This document shows positions 35,258-37,033 of a stretch of 37,033 bases of DNA, piece after piece. A model generated the notes under the pieces. That model was not told where the DNA came from, ran no database searches, and saw nothing but the letters and a program-made list of their open reading frames with translations. Position 1 is the stretch's first letter; each line of letters begins with the position of its first letter. The stretch covers positions 1 to 37,033 of IMG/VR virus record IMGVR_UViG_3300005573_000069; one strand, written 5' to 3'. The position numbers and the translations under genes are program-made. The DNA comes from a virus.

Positions 35258-36005
35258 TGACTAAATTCGCCTTTCTTATTTGTTGATTTTCACCAATTTT
35301 TTGTTTTGACTTATATTCCGGATCAATAGGTAATTCTTTGGGATACTTATCATATATAGGATATTTACATAGTCGTCTTAACTCTCGATTCTCTTTTTTG
35401 TTACCTATAAAGTAAACATATCTACATTTCTTGCTTCGTGGTCGATAAAGGATATTCTCTGTATTCAATATTTCCTTTAGTTTATTTATGTCACTCGTAC
35501 CATATTTATTATATAATGACTTTGGATGATGTTCTTCGCCATTAATTAAGATATTGCCACCACCTGGAATTGAGTATCCTGTAAAATACCAATTTGATGC
35601 CTGATAAATATATCCTAAATGACCTTCTCGCGTATCCGCAAACGATATTAAAATTTTGATATTTGGTTTATCTACTTTTAGTAATTTTATCCCTTGAGAT
35701 ATAAGAAAACTCTCAGCATTTCTCGGTGCAATATCATAACACCACAGCCTGTTCAATTCTAATACAGCGTTCTTATATTTTTCACCACATATTTCCATCA
35801 AATTCCGGTTTGGCGGTATTCCAAAAGTAATAATTCCCAATAGTAAATCATTCCTATAAAGGCCATAATTCACTACTATGTGGGGAACCCTATGCAAATA
35901 ATGTTTATTCTTACATATCTCCTTGGCCTCCATTAACGAACATTCCTTTACAGTATACAATTTTTTGTTTAGCTTATCGTCCTCAATTATGCTTACTACT
36001 TTTAT
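35247..36005 (-). CDS. Mom-family adenine-modification (GNAT-fold) protein
   Basis: EAKEICKNKHYLHR, GIITFG.P, LELNRLW, PRNAESFLIS and ISFAD..EGH.GYIYQASNW.FTG. The frame extends to ATA 36005, 8 nt after AGGAGG. Confidence 0.9.
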   Translation of the reverse strand: MKVVSIIEDDKLNKKLYTVKECSLMEAKEICKNKHYLHRVPHIVVNYGLYRNDLLLGIITFGIPPNRNLMEICGEKYKNAVLELNRLWCYDIAPRNAESFLISQGIKLLKVDKPNIKILISFADTREGHLGYIYQASNWYFTGYSIPGGGNILINGEEHHPKSLYNKYGTSDINKLKEILNTENILYRPRSKKCRYVYFIGNKKENRELRRLCKYPIYDKYPKELPIDPEYKSKQKIGENQQIRKANLVNER

Positions 36006-36025
36006 TGCCTTCGCCTCCTGTAATA

Positions 36026-36979
36026 TTATTTTGCATTTTGGTCACACTTAGCAAAAAACATTAATTTCTCAAACATATCTTCACCCACATAACTCTTTAA
36101 TTTTTTACTATTTCCCCCATTTAGAACATTTAATGCCCACATATGAAGTTGTATTATGTCTGTTACCATCAATGTATCTTTAATCTCATAATCCATCATA
36201 CGTAATATCCTATAAGCCAATTGCGCCGACACATTCTCGTGTTGATAGTAATGCGCATACTTATCGCCCTCATTGAATGATTTACAATATGGTTTGCCAA
36301 TATCGTGCATTATAGCCGCAAGAATCATCGCTTGTCTATCAACGTTGTAATAGCTCTCAAAAACATCCTTATATACATAATAAGTATGACGACTCAATGA
36401 AAGCGTATGATGTTTAGAATCTTGTGGAAAGTCAATCATCAAATACAATTCATGAAAACGGTGCAATACATATTCCTCAAATTCATCATAACTCATTAAA
36501 GTATTAATGTTTAGATTAGTACCCCTAAAACTATCTAAACCCACACCCTCAACACTATCCCATCCTTCTAGATATGATGGCACATGTGCATTTTTGTACA
36601 TTCTATCAAAAACATCTTCAGGAACAACTCTTTCTCTTGTAAAATTCCTAGTATAAGATACGTCATAAGGACAATAGAAGTATACAATTTCCTTATAAAA
36701 CCTTTTAAACATTCTAACAAAGTCTATTCTTTTACTTCTATTTAAATTTGTGGCATCAATAATCACATTAACATTGTTCTCAAGCAATTGACGCGCTCTT
36801 CCATAAAGGACTGCAAACACTTCACCGTTATGTGTCTGATCATTGACATCGCCATATAACTCCAGACGCAAATCGTCAGAAGATAATTTGACAATATTGT
36901 TACTCTCTTTGACAACATTATCAGCATAGTAACTCTTTCCTGATCCAGGAAGCCCACACAACATTGTTACAGTTGGCAT
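36026..36979 (-). CDS. Polynucleotide kinase (AAA_33) fused to HD domain (RNA end-healing)
   Basis: GLPGSGKS, SSDDLR, IIDATNL, HH.L...H, HDIGKP, HENVSA and HM...D. Confidence 0.9.
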   Translation of the reverse strand: MPTVTMLCGLPGSGKSYYADNVVKESNNIVKLSSDDLRLELYGDVNDQTHNGEVFAVLYGRARQLLENNVNVIIDATNLNRSKRIDFVRMFKRFYKEIVYFYCPYDVSYTRNFTRERVVPEDVFDRMYKNAHVPSYLEGWDSVEGVGLDSFRGTNLNINTLMSYDEFEEYVLHRFHELYLMIDFPQDSKHHTLSLSRHTYYVYKDVFESYYNVDRQAMILAAIMHDIGKPYCKSFNEGDKYAHYYQHENVSAQLAYRILRMMDYEIKDTLMVTDIIQLHMWALNVLNGGNSKKLKSYVGEDMFEKLMFFAKCDQNAK

Positions 36980-37032
36980 TATCTATCCCTCCGTTCATAT
37001 TTCACAATTTTCTTTTTTACTACCTTCCAGAT
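36979..37032 (-). CDS. C-terminal end of an upstream gene (partial)
   Basis: ...IWKVVKKKIVKYERRDR*; its TAA overlaps the next ATG. Confidence 0.4.
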   Translation of the reverse strand: MWKVVKKKIVKYERRDR

Positions 37033-37033
37033 A

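Noticed and set aside
6171-36957. Nested minus-strand alternative-frame ORFs (6171-6389, 10192-10461, 20839-21051, 30518-30748, 36763-36957)
   Set aside because: They lie entirely or almost entirely inside better-supported genes and have no recognisable motifs.
1-37033. tRNA genes, CRISPR array, IS elements, DGR or retron components
   Set aside because: Intergenic gaps are short, and no cloverleaf, regular repeat-spacer pattern, transposase or reverse transcriptase was recognised by eye. A tRNAscan/Infernal run would be needed to exclude small RNAs.

Overview
This window is a fragment of a large tailed-phage or prophage genome, AT-rich by eye, most likely infecting an anaerobic Firmicute. 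Essentially all real genes lie on the minus strand, and the plus-strand ORFs in the track are shadows. The backbone follows the SPbeta-like replication order: SSB, AAA ATPase, small protein, DnaB helicase, primase, RecJ-like DHH nuclease, then DnaE, which runs off the left edge. Two large accessory blocks are inserted into it. They carry (i) a dNTP supply pathway (class II RNR, dUTPase, ThyX variant, deaminase, dNMP kinase, NDT-family protein) and a beta clamp, and (ii) a dense DNA-modification and anti-defence set (three amino-methyltransferases, a PAPS-reductase-family protein, two glycosyltransferases, a radical SAM enzyme, an orphan HicB, and one of two Mom/DUF4338-like GNAT proteins). The right end holds a catalytically degenerate tyrosine-recombinase-fold (MrpR-like) regulator with a 15-6-15 palindrome over its promoter, an SLT lytic transglycosylase, and a tRNA/RNA-repair cluster (kinase-HD, RlaP-like nucleotidyltransferase, CCA-type enzyme) with the second Mom gene embedded. 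Features the ORF track missed include ATA starts placed exactly 8 nt after GGAGG in both Mom-like genes and probably the PAPS-reductase-like gene, a TAA-interrupted FETNSS-motif partner of the radical SAM gene, several small ORFs and four near-consensus sigmaA promoters. No tRNA, rRNA, CRISPR array, IS element or intein was recognised. Family assignments come from motif recognition only; no database searches were run.
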